Source: an uncultured Gemmatimonadaceae bacterium
GTDB taxonomy: Bacteria > Gemmatimonadota > Gemmatimonadetes > Gemmatimonadales > Gemmatimonadaceae
Length of the DNA: 64,000 nucleotides
Assembly (NCBI GenBank): GCA_963817955.1
Contig: CAWFQK010000002.1
Span: 32,001 to 96,000 of the forward strand
Reading direction: 5' to 3'
The notes beneath the pieces were generated by a model. That model was given only the letters and a program-made list of their open reading frames with translations, did not search any database and had not been told where the DNA came from. A program made the translations under genes and the position numbers. Shown here piece after piece: positions 28,870-39,651 of the stretch; within the stretch, counting starts at the first letter, position 1; each line of letters opens with the position of its first letter.

Positions 28870-29190
28870 ATGATCGACGATCCACCTGAATCTCTGGACC
28901 CTCGTCGTCGCTGGTCGGCGCGAGTCACGGCGCGCAGTGATGCACTCGATCTCGAGCGCAGTGTGTTCACCTGGAAGGATCCGCGTCGCATTGCCCTGTC
29001 GCTCAAGCGGTCCGCGGAGCGGAGCCATCGCCGCAAGAGCGAGCCGTACCGGTCGGCCATGTCGATGCTGACGTTCTACATCAACAGAGCGGGCAGCAAC
29101 CTTGGGGCCGGACAGCGCGATGTCCTGGAACGCGCCAAGATCGAGTTACGGAAAGTGTTCAAGCGTTCCACCGCCCATCGCGACCGATAG
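28870..29190 (+). CDS. DUF3175 family protein
   Basis: RWSARVT..SDALDLE..VFT, PYRSAMSMLTFYINRAG. Confidence 0.85.
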   Translation: MIDDPPESLDPRRRWSARVTARSDALDLERSVFTWKDPRRIALSLKRSAERSHRRKSEPYRSAMSMLTFYINRAGSNLGAGQRDVLERAKIELRKVFKRSTAHRDR

Positions 29191-29272
29191 CACCACAGGT
29201 TCACTCGCCCTCGCAACCATCGCGGGAATGAATCTGGCAGTGCGGACCACCTGAACCTCCAACGCCTCGATC

Positions 29273-29647
29273 ATGACGACGCCGAGAAAGCGCGCAAGCC
29301 GGAAGACCGGCGGCCCGAGCAGGGCCGCTGATGATTCGACTACGGAATCCGCGACCGCACGGGAGGACCGCGAAGTCGGTCTGGCCATGACTACAGAGAT
29401 GCTATCGATTGAGATGTCAGCTTCTTCGGATAGTCTTGACGCTACGATCCGATACCGAGCCTATGAGCTCTTTCTGGCGCGGGGGGCCGTCAGCGGTGAT
29501 GCGCTCGCCGACTGGTTCGAGGCCGAACGCCAGGTGCTGTCCGCACGGGACACGAGACACGAGACACGGGACGCGGGACACGAGACACAAGACACGGGCG
29601 AGGGACACGAGACACGGGACACGAGACACGGGACACGCAACGCGTAG
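29273..29647 (+). CDS. DUF2934 family protein with repeat-encoded tail
   Basis: IRYRAYELFLARG...DWFEAE. Confidence 0.8.
   Translation: MTTPRKRASRKTGGPSRAADDSTTESATAREDREVGLAMTTEMLSIEMSASSDSLDATIRYRAYELFLARGAVSGDALADWFEAERQVLSARDTRHETRDAGHETQDTGEGHETRDTRHGTRNA
29544..29640 (+). repeat. Heptamer tandem repeat (CACGRGA) x ~14
   Basis: cacggga/cacgaga units, one 6-nt unit at 29600. Confidence 0.95.
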
Positions 29648-29664
29648 CTCACCCGCGCCACGCG

Positions 29665-30762
29665 ATGCCACGACTCTCGCAAGTCCGCGCGGCCGCCTAC
29701 ACCATTCCGACAGATCGTCCCGAGTCCGACGGGACCATCGAGTGGCACTCGACGACGATCGTCGTGGTCGATGTCACGGCGGCCGATACTGTTGGAACAG
29801 GGTACGCGTACGGCGCAGCAGCCGCCGCTGCAGTCGTGCACGACACACTGCAAGACCTGATTGTCGGCATGGACAGTGTGGATACGGCTGCCGCATCGAT
29901 CCGCATGTGGCAAGCTGTGCGCAACATCGGCCGCCCCGGAATTGCCGCGACCGCAATCAGCGCCGTCGATATCGCACTCTGGGACCTCAAGGCCAAGCTG
30001 CTCGACCTCCCACTCGCCAGCCTCCTTGGGAAAGCTCGTCAGAGCATTCCCGCCTACGGCAGCGGCGGATTCACGTCGTATACCACTGGAGAGCTGTGTG
30101 CACAGCTCGCGGGGTGGGCGTCGAGTGGTGCGCGCGCGGTGAAGATGAAGGTGGGCCGCGAACCTGGGTTTGATCCACAACGCGTTGGGGCCGCTCGCGC
30201 CGCCATTGGTCCCTCCGTCGATCTGTTCGTCGATGCCAACGGAGCGTATACGCGCGCTCAAGCGGCCAAGCTCGCTGAAGCCTTTCACGAGCACGGCGTA
30301 ACCTGGTTCGAGGAGCCGGTGAGCTCGGACGACCTCGACGGCTTGCGCGCGCTGCGCGGCATGGTGCCGGCCGGCATGCGAATCGCCGCCGGCGAGTACG
30401 GATATGACTCGGGCTACTTTCACCGAATGCTCAACGCGGGTGCCGTCGACGTCCTGCAGGCCGACGCCACCCGGTGCGGCGGCGTCACCGGATTCATGCA
30501 GGCAGCAGCGATCTGCGACGCGTTCGGCGCGCCCCTCTCCGCGCACACGGCGCCGTCGCTGCACACACATCTGTGCTGCGCTGCGTCACGCGCGCTCAAC
30601 GTCGAGTATTTCCATGACCACGCTCGCATCGAGACGATGCTGTTCGACGGCGCTCGCGTTCCGGTCGATGGACAGTTGACCCCCGATCTCTCACGCCCAG
30701 GGCTGGGCCTGGAATTCAAACGCGTCGATGCCGAGCGTCTCGACAAGGTCCCGCGGCACTAA
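29665..30762 (+). CDS. Mandelate racemase/muconate lactonizing enzyme (enolase superfamily)
   Basis: SAVDIALWDLKAK, KMK, VDANG, WFEEP, AAGEY. Confidence 0.92.
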   Translation: MPRLSQVRAAAYTIPTDRPESDGTIEWHSTTIVVVDVTAADTVGTGYAYGAAAAAAVVHDTLQDLIVGMDSVDTAAASIRMWQAVRNIGRPGIAATAISAVDIALWDLKAKLLDLPLASLLGKARQSIPAYGSGGFTSYTTGELCAQLAGWASSGARAVKMKVGREPGFDPQRVGAARAAIGPSVDLFVDANGAYTRAQAAKLAEAFHEHGVTWFEEPVSSDDLDGLRALRGMVPAGMRIAAGEYGYDSGYFHRMLNAGAVDVLQADATRCGGVTGFMQAAAICDAFGAPLSAHTAPSLHTHLCCAASRALNVEYFHDHARIETMLFDGARVPVDGQLTPDLSRPGLGLEFKRVDAERLDKVPRH

Positions 30763-30777
30763 GATCTGCAACGCAAT

Positions 30778-30793
30778 CGGTACGCTTCTTGTA
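30778..30793 (+). promoter_or_regulatory. Sigma54-like promoter (-12 GT variant)
   Basis: CGGTACGCTTCTTGTA; near-identical copy at 46781. Confidence 0.55.
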
Positions 30794-30872
30794 GACCGGC
30801 TCCCACCATCGCCCGCCGCACGATGGCTCGTCATGCGGCGTGGCGGATCATGCGCTCCATCGGGAGGAAACA

Positions 30873-32627
30873 ATGACCGCTACCGTCGCCGGCCTGCTCG
30901 TCGAACGACTCATCGCTTGGGGCGTCGACACCATTTTCGGCTTCCCGGGGGACGGCATCGATGGACTGTTCGAGTCACTCCGCACACACGCGAAGGAGAT
31001 TCGCTTTGTCCAAGTGCGACATGAGGAGGCCGCCGCGTTCGCCGCGTGTGGGTACGCCAAGTACACCGGACGCCTCGGCGTGTGTCTCGCGACGTCGGGC
31101 CCCGGCGGCATCCATCTCCTGAACGGATTGTACGATGCCAAGTGTGACGGACAGCCCGTGCTCGCCATTACTGGACACACGTTCCACGACCTGATCGGCA
31201 TGCATTACCAGCAGGACGTGGATCTCGACAAGCTCTTCATGGACGTCGCCGCGTTCAACCAGCGCGTCATGGGCCCGGCCCATGTGCAGAACGTCGTCGA
31301 CGAAGCGATCAAGACCGCGCTCGCCCAGCACACCGTCTCGCACATTACGATTCCGAAAGACATTCAGCAATGGAAGACAGACGACGGCCGCCGCTCCGAA
31401 GCCAATGTCAGCCGTCACAGCGCGGATCTCTACGCCGCCGTTCATTCGATTCCGCCAGAGGACCTCATCCGTCAGGCGGCAGAGATCATCAATGCTGGCA
31501 AGAAGGTCGCGATCCTCGCTGGCCGCGGTTGCCTCGGGGCGCGCGACGAAGTGCTGCAGCTCGCTGAAAAGGTCGGCGGTCCTATTGTGAAGCCGTTGTT
31601 GGGCAAGGCCGTCGTCCCCGACGACAGCGAGTACACCACCGGCGGCATCGGTCTGCTCGGCACCTCGCCATCACAGGACGCGCTCGCGGAATGCGATACG
31701 CTCATGATCGCCGGCAGCGGGTTTCCCTACATGGAGTTCTATCCGAAGCCCGGCCAAGCCAAGGGCATTCAGATCGACATCGATCCGACACGCATCGGGC
31801 TGCGGTTCAACGCCGATGTCGGACTGGTCGGAGACTGCCGCACCGTGCTGCGCGCGCTCCTGCCGCTCGTCGAGCACAAGAGAAAACGCGGATTCCTCGA
31901 GGAGTCGCAACGGCGGATGAAAGACTGGCGCGGGCTGATGGAAGAGCGTGGCACCCGCGGCGACATGCCGATGAAGCCGCAGGTCGTGACGTATCACCTG
32001 AACAAACTGCTTGCCGACGACGCGATTGTCTCGGCGGACAGCGGAACGATCGCGACCTGGGCCGCGAGGTACATCGACATCCGTGGCACCATGCAGTTCT
32101 CGCTGTCCGGCGCCCTCGCCACGATGGCGAACGGCCTGCCCTACAGCATTGGTGCCGCGGTCGCATACCCGAAGCGCCAGGTCGTGTGCATCGTCGGTGA
32201 CGGCGGCTTCACGATGTTGATGGGCGAGCTCGCGACGCTCGTCAAATACAACCTGAACGTCAAGGTCATCATCATCAAGAACAACGTCCTCGGCATGATC
32301 AAGTGGGAGCAGATGGTACTCGAGGGCAATCCACAGTACGGAGTCGAGTTGCAGCCGATCGACTTCGAGGCATACGCGAAGGCGTGCGGCGCCGGCGGCT
32401 TCACCGTCGAGAAGCCGAAGGACGTTGAGAAAACATTGAAGGCGGCGCTCGCCTATCCCGGACCTGCCGTCGTGCAAGCCCTCGTGGACGCCAACGAAGC
32501 GCCGATGCCCGGCAAGATCTCGACCAAGCAGGCGCTGCACTTCACCAAGGCGCTGATGCGCGGCGAGAAGGACCGTTTGGGCATCATCAAGACGCTGCTC
32601 GAAGACGAGGTGCGCGAAGTCATCTAA
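30873..32627 (+). CDS. ThDP-dependent pyruvate oxidase/dehydrogenase (PoxB-like)
   Basis: GGGAGG RBS; FGFPGDG, VRHEE, SGPG, GDGGF..NN ThDP motif. Confidence 0.9.
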   Translation: MTATVAGLLVERLIAWGVDTIFGFPGDGIDGLFESLRTHAKEIRFVQVRHEEAAAFAACGYAKYTGRLGVCLATSGPGGIHLLNGLYDAKCDGQPVLAITGHTFHDLIGMHYQQDVDLDKLFMDVAAFNQRVMGPAHVQNVVDEAIKTALAQHTVSHITIPKDIQQWKTDDGRRSEANVSRHSADLYAAVHSIPPEDLIRQAAEIINAGKKVAILAGRGCLGARDEVLQLAEKVGGPIVKPLLGKAVVPDDSEYTTGGIGLLGTSPSQDALAECDTLMIAGSGFPYMEFYPKPGQAKGIQIDIDPTRIGLRFNADVGLVGDCRTVLRALLPLVEHKRKRGFLEESQRRMKDWRGLMEERGTRGDMPMKPQVVTYHLNKLLADDAIVSADSGTIATWAARYIDIRGTMQFSLSGALATMANGLPYSIGAAVAYPKRQVVCIVGDGGFTMLMGELATLVKYNLNVKVIIIKNNVLGMIKWEQMVLEGNPQYGVELQPIDFEAYAKACGAGGFTVEKPKDVEKTLKAALAYPGPAVVQALVDANEAPMPGKISTKQALHFTKALMRGEKDRLGIIKTLLEDEVREVI

Positions 32628-32632
32628 GATTT

Positions 32633-35611
32633 ATGACACGCATTCCCCAGCTCCCCGTCCCACGGCGCACCCCGAAGGGGCACCACGCGCCACCGCCGAC
32701 ATCTCCGCGGCCGGACGCGGTCGATGCCCGTTCGCTTGGGATCGACATCGCAGGACTCGAGCGTCATCTCAGGTCCACTGTGCGCGGAGAAGTGCGCTTC
32801 AGTGACGGCGATCGCGCACTCTATTCAACGGACGCTTCGAATTATCGGCAGATCCCTGTTGGCATCGTGTTGCCACGTGACGCTGACGACGTCGTCGCGA
32901 CCGTGGCCGCATGCCGACAGTTCGGCGCGCCGATCGTTTCGCGCGGTGGCGCAACCGATCTCGCCGGCTCCACGTGCAATGCCGCTGTGGTCATGGACAT
33001 GAGCAAGTACATGAACCACGTGGTCGAGATCAACTGGGACAAGCAATGGGCGTGTGTCGAGCCGGGAACCGTCCTCGACGATCTCCGCAATAGGGCGGAG
33101 GAACGGCATCTCACGTTCGGTCCTGATCCAGCCACGCACGCGCGCAACACGATCGGTGGAATGGTCGGCAACAACTCGTGCGGCATGCACGCGCAGATGG
33201 CGGGCAAGGTCGAGGAGAATACCCTCGCCCTGGAGATTCTGACCTACGACGGCGAACGCATGTGGGTGGGGCCCACGAGCGACGGCGAGCTGGAGTCGAT
33301 CATCAATTCCGGCGGTGTGCGCGGCGAGATCTATTCACGGCTCAAAGCCATCCGCGACAACTATGGTGATCTCATCCGGAAGCGCTTTCCTCGCATCCCA
33401 CGGCTCGTGTCGGGGTACCCGCTTCACCAGCTGCTGCCGGAACACGGGTTCAACGTCGCGCGTGCGCTCGTCGGTACCGAGAGCACCTGCGTCACGGTGC
33501 TCCAGGCGAAATTGCGGCTCGTGCCAAGCCCTCGCGTGCGCACACTCGTCATAGTCGCCTACGACGACATCTTCACCGCGGGCGACCACGTCGCCTTCTG
33601 TAACGAGTACAAGCCGATCGCCCTGGAAGGCATCGACTCGAGCATGTTCCGGTACATGCACGACAAAGGCATGTCGACGTCGGGGAGAGCGCTCTTTCCC
33701 GACGGCAATGCGTGGCTGGTCGTGGAATTCGGGGGCGAATCGAAGGATGAGGCGGCCGACGCGGCGCACCGGCTCATGCGCGCGCTCGCGCAGAAGACCA
33801 ACCGCCCGATGAAGCTGTTCGAGGATTCGAAACAGGAGCACCTCGTATGGCAGATCCGCGAGGCCGGTCTCGGCTCGACGTCCAAAATTCCTCATGACCC
33901 GGATTTCTATCCTGGCTGGGAAGACTCGGCCGTCGCGCCCGAGGACGTCGGCAACTACCTGCGCGATTTGCAGCAGCTGTTCGATCGGTACGGGTATACC
34001 GCCTCGCTCTACGGCCACTTTGGCCAGGGCTGCATTCATTGCAGCATCGACTTCGACTTGTACACGGCAGAGGGCATCGATCGCTGGAAGCGGTTTCTGA
34101 CCGAGGCCGCGCACCTCGTGACCTCGTACGGCGGCTCACTCTCCGGCGAACACGGCGACGGGCAGGCCCGCGGCAGCCTGTTGCCGATCATGTTCGGCGA
34201 CGAGATCGTGCAGGCGTTTCGCGAATTCAAGGCGGCGTGGGATCCGCGCGGTCAGATGAATCCGGGCAAGGTGGTCGACGCATATCCCGTCGATAAGAAT
34301 CTGCGATGGGGCACGCATTACCACCCCTGGGAGCCCGCGACCCACTTCTCGTTTCAGGACGACCGCGGCAGCTTCGCGTACGCCGCCAACCGCTGCGTGG
34401 GCACCGGCAAATGCCGCAAGCACGACAGCGGCACCATGTGCCCGAGCTACATGGCGACACGCGAGGAGAAGCACTCCACGCGAGGTCGTTCGCGGCTGCT
34501 GTTCGAGATGCTGGAGGGCAATCCCTTGACCGACGGATGGAAGGATGCCGCAGTCAAGGAGGCGCTCGACCTGTGCCTCGCATGCAAGGCCTGCCGCGGG
34601 GAATGCCCCGTGAACGTGGACATGGCGACGTACAAGGCGGAGTTCCTGTCGCACTACTATGAGGGTCGGCCCCGCCCCGTCGCCGCCTACGCCTTTGGGT
34701 TGATGCACCGCTGGGCGCGCGTGGCGTCGCACATGCCGCGTGTCGCGAACTTCTTCACCCAGACTCCTTGGCTGGGGAGCCTCGCCAAGAGAAGCCTGTC
34801 GATAGCACCGGAGCGGCGCATCCCACCGTTCGCACGGCACACGTTCCGGCATTGGTATCGTCACCGCACCGCCCGCAATCCGGACGGCCCGCCCGTCATG
34901 CTGTGGCCGGACACGTGGAACAACTACTTCCTTCCGGAGACGGCGCATGCCGCGGTCGAAGTCCTCGAGGCCGCGGGGTTCCAGGTCCTCATCCCGCCCC
35001 GCCCGCTCTGTTGCGGGCGCCCATTGTACGACTACGGCATGCTCGGCACCGCCGAAAAGCTCTTGCGCGGGATCCTGCGGACGCTCGCACCCCACATTCG
35101 CGCCGGCACGCCCGTCGTCGGACTCGAGCCAAGTTGCGTGTCCGTGTTCCGCGACGAACTCGTCAACCTGTTTCCGAACGACGACGACGCCAAGCGAATG
35201 CGGGACCAGACATTCCTGCTCGGCGAATTCCTGGCCGACAAGGCGTCACACTTGTCGCTCCCTGCGCTCCGTCGGAAGGCCGTCGTGCATGGCCACTGTC
35301 ACGACAAGTCGGTGCTGGCATTTGACCGTCAGCGGAAGGTCCTGGATGCCATCGGCCTCGATTACACCGTGCTCGATTCCGGCTGTTGCGGAATGGCGGG
35401 TGCGTTCGGCTACGAAAAGGGCGAGCACTACCGCGTTTCGATCGCATGCGGCGAGCGAGTACTGTTGCCCGCCGTGCGGTCGGCGGCCGCCGACACGTTG
35501 ATCGTGGCCGACGGCTTCAGTTGCCGCGAACAGATCGTTCAAACCACCAACCGTCGTGCCGTGCACCTCGCCGAGGTGTTGAAGATGGCACTCGATCAGA
35601 GGACCGCATGA
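32633..35611 (+). CDS. FAD-linked oxidase with FeS and CCG domains (YdiJ/D-2-hydroxyacid dehydrogenase-like)
   Basis: GEHGDG, CVGTGKC, CLACKACRGECP, CCGRP, CCGMAG. Confidence 0.92.
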   Translation: MTRIPQLPVPRRTPKGHHAPPPTSPRPDAVDARSLGIDIAGLERHLRSTVRGEVRFSDGDRALYSTDASNYRQIPVGIVLPRDADDVVATVAACRQFGAPIVSRGGATDLAGSTCNAAVVMDMSKYMNHVVEINWDKQWACVEPGTVLDDLRNRAEERHLTFGPDPATHARNTIGGMVGNNSCGMHAQMAGKVEENTLALEILTYDGERMWVGPTSDGELESIINSGGVRGEIYSRLKAIRDNYGDLIRKRFPRIPRLVSGYPLHQLLPEHGFNVARALVGTESTCVTVLQAKLRLVPSPRVRTLVIVAYDDIFTAGDHVAFCNEYKPIALEGIDSSMFRYMHDKGMSTSGRALFPDGNAWLVVEFGGESKDEAADAAHRLMRALAQKTNRPMKLFEDSKQEHLVWQIREAGLGSTSKIPHDPDFYPGWEDSAVAPEDVGNYLRDLQQLFDRYGYTASLYGHFGQGCIHCSIDFDLYTAEGIDRWKRFLTEAAHLVTSYGGSLSGEHGDGQARGSLLPIMFGDEIVQAFREFKAAWDPRGQMNPGKVVDAYPVDKNLRWGTHYHPWEPATHFSFQDDRGSFAYAANRCVGTGKCRKHDSGTMCPSYMATREEKHSTRGRSRLLFEMLEGNPLTDGWKDAAVKEALDLCLACKACRGECPVNVDMATYKAEFLSHYYEGRPRPVAAYAFGLMHRWARVASHMPRVANFFTQTPWLGSLAKRSLSIAPERRIPPFARHTFRHWYRHRTARNPDGPPVMLWPDTWNNYFLPETAHAAVEVLEAAGFQVLIPPRPLCCGRPLYDYGMLGTAEKLLRGILRTLAPHIRAGTPVVGLEPSCVSVFRDELVNLFPNDDDAKRMRDQTFLLGEFLADKASHLSLPALRRKAVVHGHCHDKSVLAFDRQRKVLDAIGLDYTVLDSGCCGMAGAFGYEKGEHYRVSIACGERVLLPAVRSAAADTLIVADGFSCREQIVQTTNRRAVHLAEVLKMALDQRTA

Positions 35612-36600
35612 GTGAAGTCATCGTTGTCACGGGAGCCTCGGCCGGGCTTGGCCGGGCCATCGTCCAGCGTTTCGCGCGCGACGGATGTGCTATCGGATTG
35701 ATCGCGCGTGGTCCCGATCGCCTGGAGAGCGCACGCGCCGAGGTGGAAGCGCTCGGTGGAACGGCGTTGGCGCTGCCGCTGGACGTCGCCGATGCCGACG
35801 CGGTCGAGGCGGCAGCGGAGCGCGTGGAACGCGAGCTCGGGCCGATCGACGTGTGGATCAACAACGCCATGGTGTCGGTGTACTCGCCGATCAAGCAGAT
35901 GACGGCGGCGGAGTTCCGCCGCGTGACCGAGGTCACGTATCTGGGCTACGTACATGGGACCCTGGCCGCGCTCTAGCGCATGCTGCCACGCAACCGGGGA
36001 ATCATCATCCAGGTCGGGTCAGCACTGGCGCACCGCAGCATTCCGCTCCAATCGGCGTATTGCGCGTCGAAACACGCGATCATGGGTCTTCACGAATCCT
36101 TATTGAGCGAGCTCCTCCACGACGGGAGTCGCGTGCGTACGACCATGGTGCAGATGCCCGCGATGAACACACCGCAGTTCGATTGGGCAAAGAGTCGCTT
36201 GCGAAACCAGACGCAACCCGTCCCTCCGATCTTCCAGCCTGAAGTGGGGGCGGACGCGGTGCACCATGTCGTTCGTCACGACGTCGGTCGCGAGTTTCTT
36301 GTCGCGTGGCCGACCACCGAAGCCGTGTTGGGGGAGAAGATTGTGCCGGGATATATCGATCGCAAGCTCGCGCGAGGCGGATACCAGGGCGAGCAGACCG
36401 GCGAGCCGGCGGATCCGGATCGGCCGAACAACCTCTGGAATCCTGTGGCGGGCGATTTCGCCGCGCACGGGCGGTTCGACGACCGCTCCCACGACGTGAG
36501 CGTTGAGCTGTGGGTTGCCAAGCGGAAACCGTGGTTGATGGTCGGCGGCGCGTTGATGCTGGGTGCGGCGCTCGCCGCACGTCGGACCGACCAGCAATGA
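35608..36600 (+). pseudogene. SDR oxidoreductase interrupted by in-frame TAG at 35974-35976
   Basis: TGASAGLG, NNA, GTLAAL*RMLPRNRG, YCASK; both halves share one frame. Confidence 0.85.
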
Positions 36601-38984
36601 TCGCGGCGCGCGGTGTAGCGCCAGGCGGTCCCGGGATTGCCCCTCGCTGGACGTCCAGCGCCAAGGCAGGCGTTGGCACGGCACTCGGCGCGCGCAGCAT
36701 GGTCTGGTTCACCATCTCGCATGGCATCGTGAACGAGGTCTACTACCCGCGCGTCGATCAGGCCGACATTCGCGACATGGGCATGATCGTGACCGCCGAG
36801 CCGGACTTCTTCGCGGAAGAACAGCGGCACACGCATACGGCGCTCGACCTGATCGCGCCCGGCGTGCCGGGATTTCACGTCACAAATACGTGTGCGCGCG
36901 GCCGGTTTCGTATTCACAAGACGCTGATCACCGATCCCGATCGCGACGTCCTGCTGCAAGCCACGGAGTTCGTGCCGGTGATCGGTTCGCTGGACGATTA
37001 CCGCTTGTTCGTCCTGCTCGCGCCGCACCTCGCGAATCAGGGAGAGGGCAATGATGCGTGTGTCGGCGAGTACAAGGGCATTCCCATGCTGTTCGCGCAG
37101 CGCGAGAGCGCCGCACTGGCACTGAGTTGCTCGGCGGACTTTGCCGCGCTGAGCTGTGGCTACGTCGGCGTGAACGACGGTTGGCAGCAGCTTGCGCGTG
37201 CCCGTCATTTGACGGAATGTTATGCCGCTGCGCACGACGGGAACGTTGCCGTGACGGCCGAGATTGATCTCAGCCACAGCAACGGCCGCTTCGTCCTGGC
37301 ACTTGCATTCGGCCGTGATCAGGACGAAGCGGCCCATGCGGCGCGCGCGTCGTTACTCGCGGACTTCAACGACACGTGCAACAGCTTCGTCGCCGGATGG
37401 CGGTCGTTCCACGCTCGTTCGCGGCGGCTCTCGCACAACGACGACATCGCGACGGAGTACGGACTCAGCGTGGCGATCTTGCAGTCGCATGAAGACAAGG
37501 TTCGTCGGGGCGCATTCATCGCGAGCCTCTCGATCCCGTGGGGCAACGAGCGCGGCGATCACGACCTGGGCGGATACCATGTAGTGTGGCCGCGCGATCT
37601 CGTCGAGGTCGGCGGCGGGCTCCTGGCCGCGGGCCACACGGACTCGGCGCGCTACGCCCTGCATTACCTCATGACCACTCAGGAGGCCGACGGCCATTGG
37701 CCGCAGAACATGTGGCTGGACGGACGCGCCTACTGGACCGGCAATCAACTCGATGAAACAGCGTCCCCCATTCTGCTCGCCGATCAACTGCGTCGCCGCC
37801 GCGCCCTCGAGAGCTTGAATGTATGGCCGATGGTCCGCCGCGCCGCGGGATATCTCGCTCGCAACGGTCCCGTGACCCCGGAGGACCGATGGGAGGAGGA
37901 CGGCGGCTACTCCACGTTCACCCTCGCTGTCGAGATCGCGGCGCTGCTCGCGGCCGCCGACTTTGCCGATCTCGAGCACGATGAAGCGGCCGCGAGATAC
38001 CTCCGGGAGACGGCGGACATCTGGAATTCGTCGCTCGAACGATGGCTCTATGTCACCGGCACCGCCCTCGCCGCACACGTTGGCGTCAATGGCTACTACG
38101 TCCGTCTTGCACCGTCAACCGTTCGAGACGGCGACTCCACGATCGCCGTAGCCAATCAACCCCCTGGTAGCGACCGAATACGCTATGACGACATGGTGAG
38201 TCCGGACGCCCTGGCCCTGGTCCGCTTCGGCCTTCGCGCGGCGGACGACGAGCGGATTCTGAACACGGTGCGCGTCATCGATCGCCTGTTATGCACGGAC
38301 ACCCCCACCGGGCCGATCTGGCACCGGTATAACGACGATGGATATGGCGAGCACGAGGATGGTGCGAGCTTCGACGGCACGGGTATCGGACGGGGATGGC
38401 CGCTGCTCGCCGGCGAGCGAGCACATTACGAGCTCGCCGCCGGCCGCGCGGATCGCGCGGCCCACCTGCTCGAAGTCATGCGACGACAGACGGGGCTTGG
38501 CGGGCTCATACCTGAGCAGGTGTGGGACGCTGCCGACATCCCCGAGCAAGGTTTGATCGCCGGCTGCCCGACCGGCTCCGGCATGCCACTCGTGTGGGCG
38601 CATGCCGAATTTGTAAAGCTCGCGCGATCGCTTCACGACGGCCGCGTCTTCGACACGCCGCCGCAAACCACGAAACGCTACATCAGGTCGCGGATCCCAT
38701 GCCGGATGGCGACATGGCGATTCAACAACAAGATCCGCGCGATCGCGTCTGGACACAGCCTTCGGCTCGAAGCACAGGCTCCGTTCATGGTCCACTGGTC
38801 CGTCGACGCGTGGCGCTCCCCTCAAGACAGCGAGGGAACCGACACCACGTTGGGCATGTGGTTTGTCGATCTACCGACCGACTCACTTCCCGTGGGCGCT
38901 GCCGTGTCCTTCACGTTCTATTGGCCCGAAGCTCGCCGCTGGGAGGGAACAGACTTCGTCGTGCGAATCGAAGACCGGCCATAG
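36597..38984 (+). CDS. GH15 glucoamylase/glucodextranase
   Basis: APGGPG..WT..K.GVG, VWPRD, DRWEE, LIPEQ, PLVWAHAE. Confidence 0.93.
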   Translation: MIAARGVAPGGPGIAPRWTSSAKAGVGTALGARSMVWFTISHGIVNEVYYPRVDQADIRDMGMIVTAEPDFFAEEQRHTHTALDLIAPGVPGFHVTNTCARGRFRIHKTLITDPDRDVLLQATEFVPVIGSLDDYRLFVLLAPHLANQGEGNDACVGEYKGIPMLFAQRESAALALSCSADFAALSCGYVGVNDGWQQLARARHLTECYAAAHDGNVAVTAEIDLSHSNGRFVLALAFGRDQDEAAHAARASLLADFNDTCNSFVAGWRSFHARSRRLSHNDDIATEYGLSVAILQSHEDKVRRGAFIASLSIPWGNERGDHDLGGYHVVWPRDLVEVGGGLLAAGHTDSARYALHYLMTTQEADGHWPQNMWLDGRAYWTGNQLDETASPILLADQLRRRRALESLNVWPMVRRAAGYLARNGPVTPEDRWEEDGGYSTFTLAVEIAALLAAADFADLEHDEAAARYLRETADIWNSSLERWLYVTGTALAAHVGVNGYYVRLAPSTVRDGDSTIAVANQPPGSDRIRYDDMVSPDALALVRFGLRAADDERILNTVRVIDRLLCTDTPTGPIWHRYNDDGYGEHEDGASFDGTGIGRGWPLLAGERAHYELAAGRADRAAHLLEVMRRQTGLGGLIPEQVWDAADIPEQGLIAGCPTGSGMPLVWAHAEFVKLARSLHDGRVFDTPPQTTKRYIRSRIPCRMATWRFNNKIRAIASGHSLRLEAQAPFMVHWSVDAWRSPQDSEGTDTTLGMWFVDLPTDSLPVGAAVSFTFYWPEARRWEGTDFVVRIEDRP

Positions 38985-38996
38985 GAACCTTGGACC

Positions 38997-39647
38997 ATGG
39001 CTGCGCTCTTTCCGCCCTGGGCAAATGTGCTCGCGCGAGGTTCGCTCATCGCCGCGGCCATTGCCCTCGTCGGCCTGCCCGTCGCCCTCATGGCGTGGGT
39101 GCGCACGCCCAACGCGGTCCGTCGATACCAGCCTGTCGCGCAACCGGTTCCGTTCGATCATCGCGTGCACGTCACCGGCGAACACATCGATTGTCGGTAC
39201 TGTCACTTCTCCGTCGAGCGCTCATCGACCGCCGGGATCCCGCCGACGGTCACGTGTATGCCCTGTCACAGTGAGACCTGGTTGAGCTCGAGCACCCTGG
39301 CTCCGGTACGCCGAAGCATGGAGACGAATCAGCCCCTGCGCTGGAATCGCGTGACGTCGCTGCCCGGCTTCGTCTATTTCAATCACGCGATCCACGTCAA
39401 CAAAGGCGTTGGATGTGAGACCTGTCACGGTCGCGTGGACCAGATGGGCGCGGTCTATCAGGCCGAGCCGCTGACGATGAACTGGTGCGTGTCGTGTCAT
39501 CGCGATCCTGCCGCGCAACTTCGGCCGCTCTCGGAGATCACGGCGATGGGCTACGTGCCCGCCGAATCACAACGCACCCTGGGTAGCCGCCTCGTTCGCG
39601 AGTATCACGTGCGGCAGTTGACCAACTGCTCCACCTGCCACCGGTGA
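38997..39647 (+). CDS. actA: Alternative complex III pentaheme cytochrome c
   Basis: TM anchor, five CxxCH (CRYCH, CMPCH, CETCH, CVSCH, CSTCH). Confidence 0.93.
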   Translation: MAALFPPWANVLARGSLIAAAIALVGLPVALMAWVRTPNAVRRYQPVAQPVPFDHRVHVTGEHIDCRYCHFSVERSSTAGIPPTVTCMPCHSETWLSSSTLAPVRRSMETNQPLRWNRVTSLPGFVYFNHAIHVNKGVGCETCHGRVDQMGAVYQAEPLTMNWCVSCHRDPAAQLRPLSEITAMGYVPAESQRTLGSRLVREYHVRQLTNCSTCHR

Positions 39648-39651
39648 GCGC

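Noticed and set aside
35974..35976. Pyrrolysine or genome-wide TAG recoding
   Set aside because: TAG ends many normal genes here (cphB, GH15, actF, ctaE); no pyl genes seen
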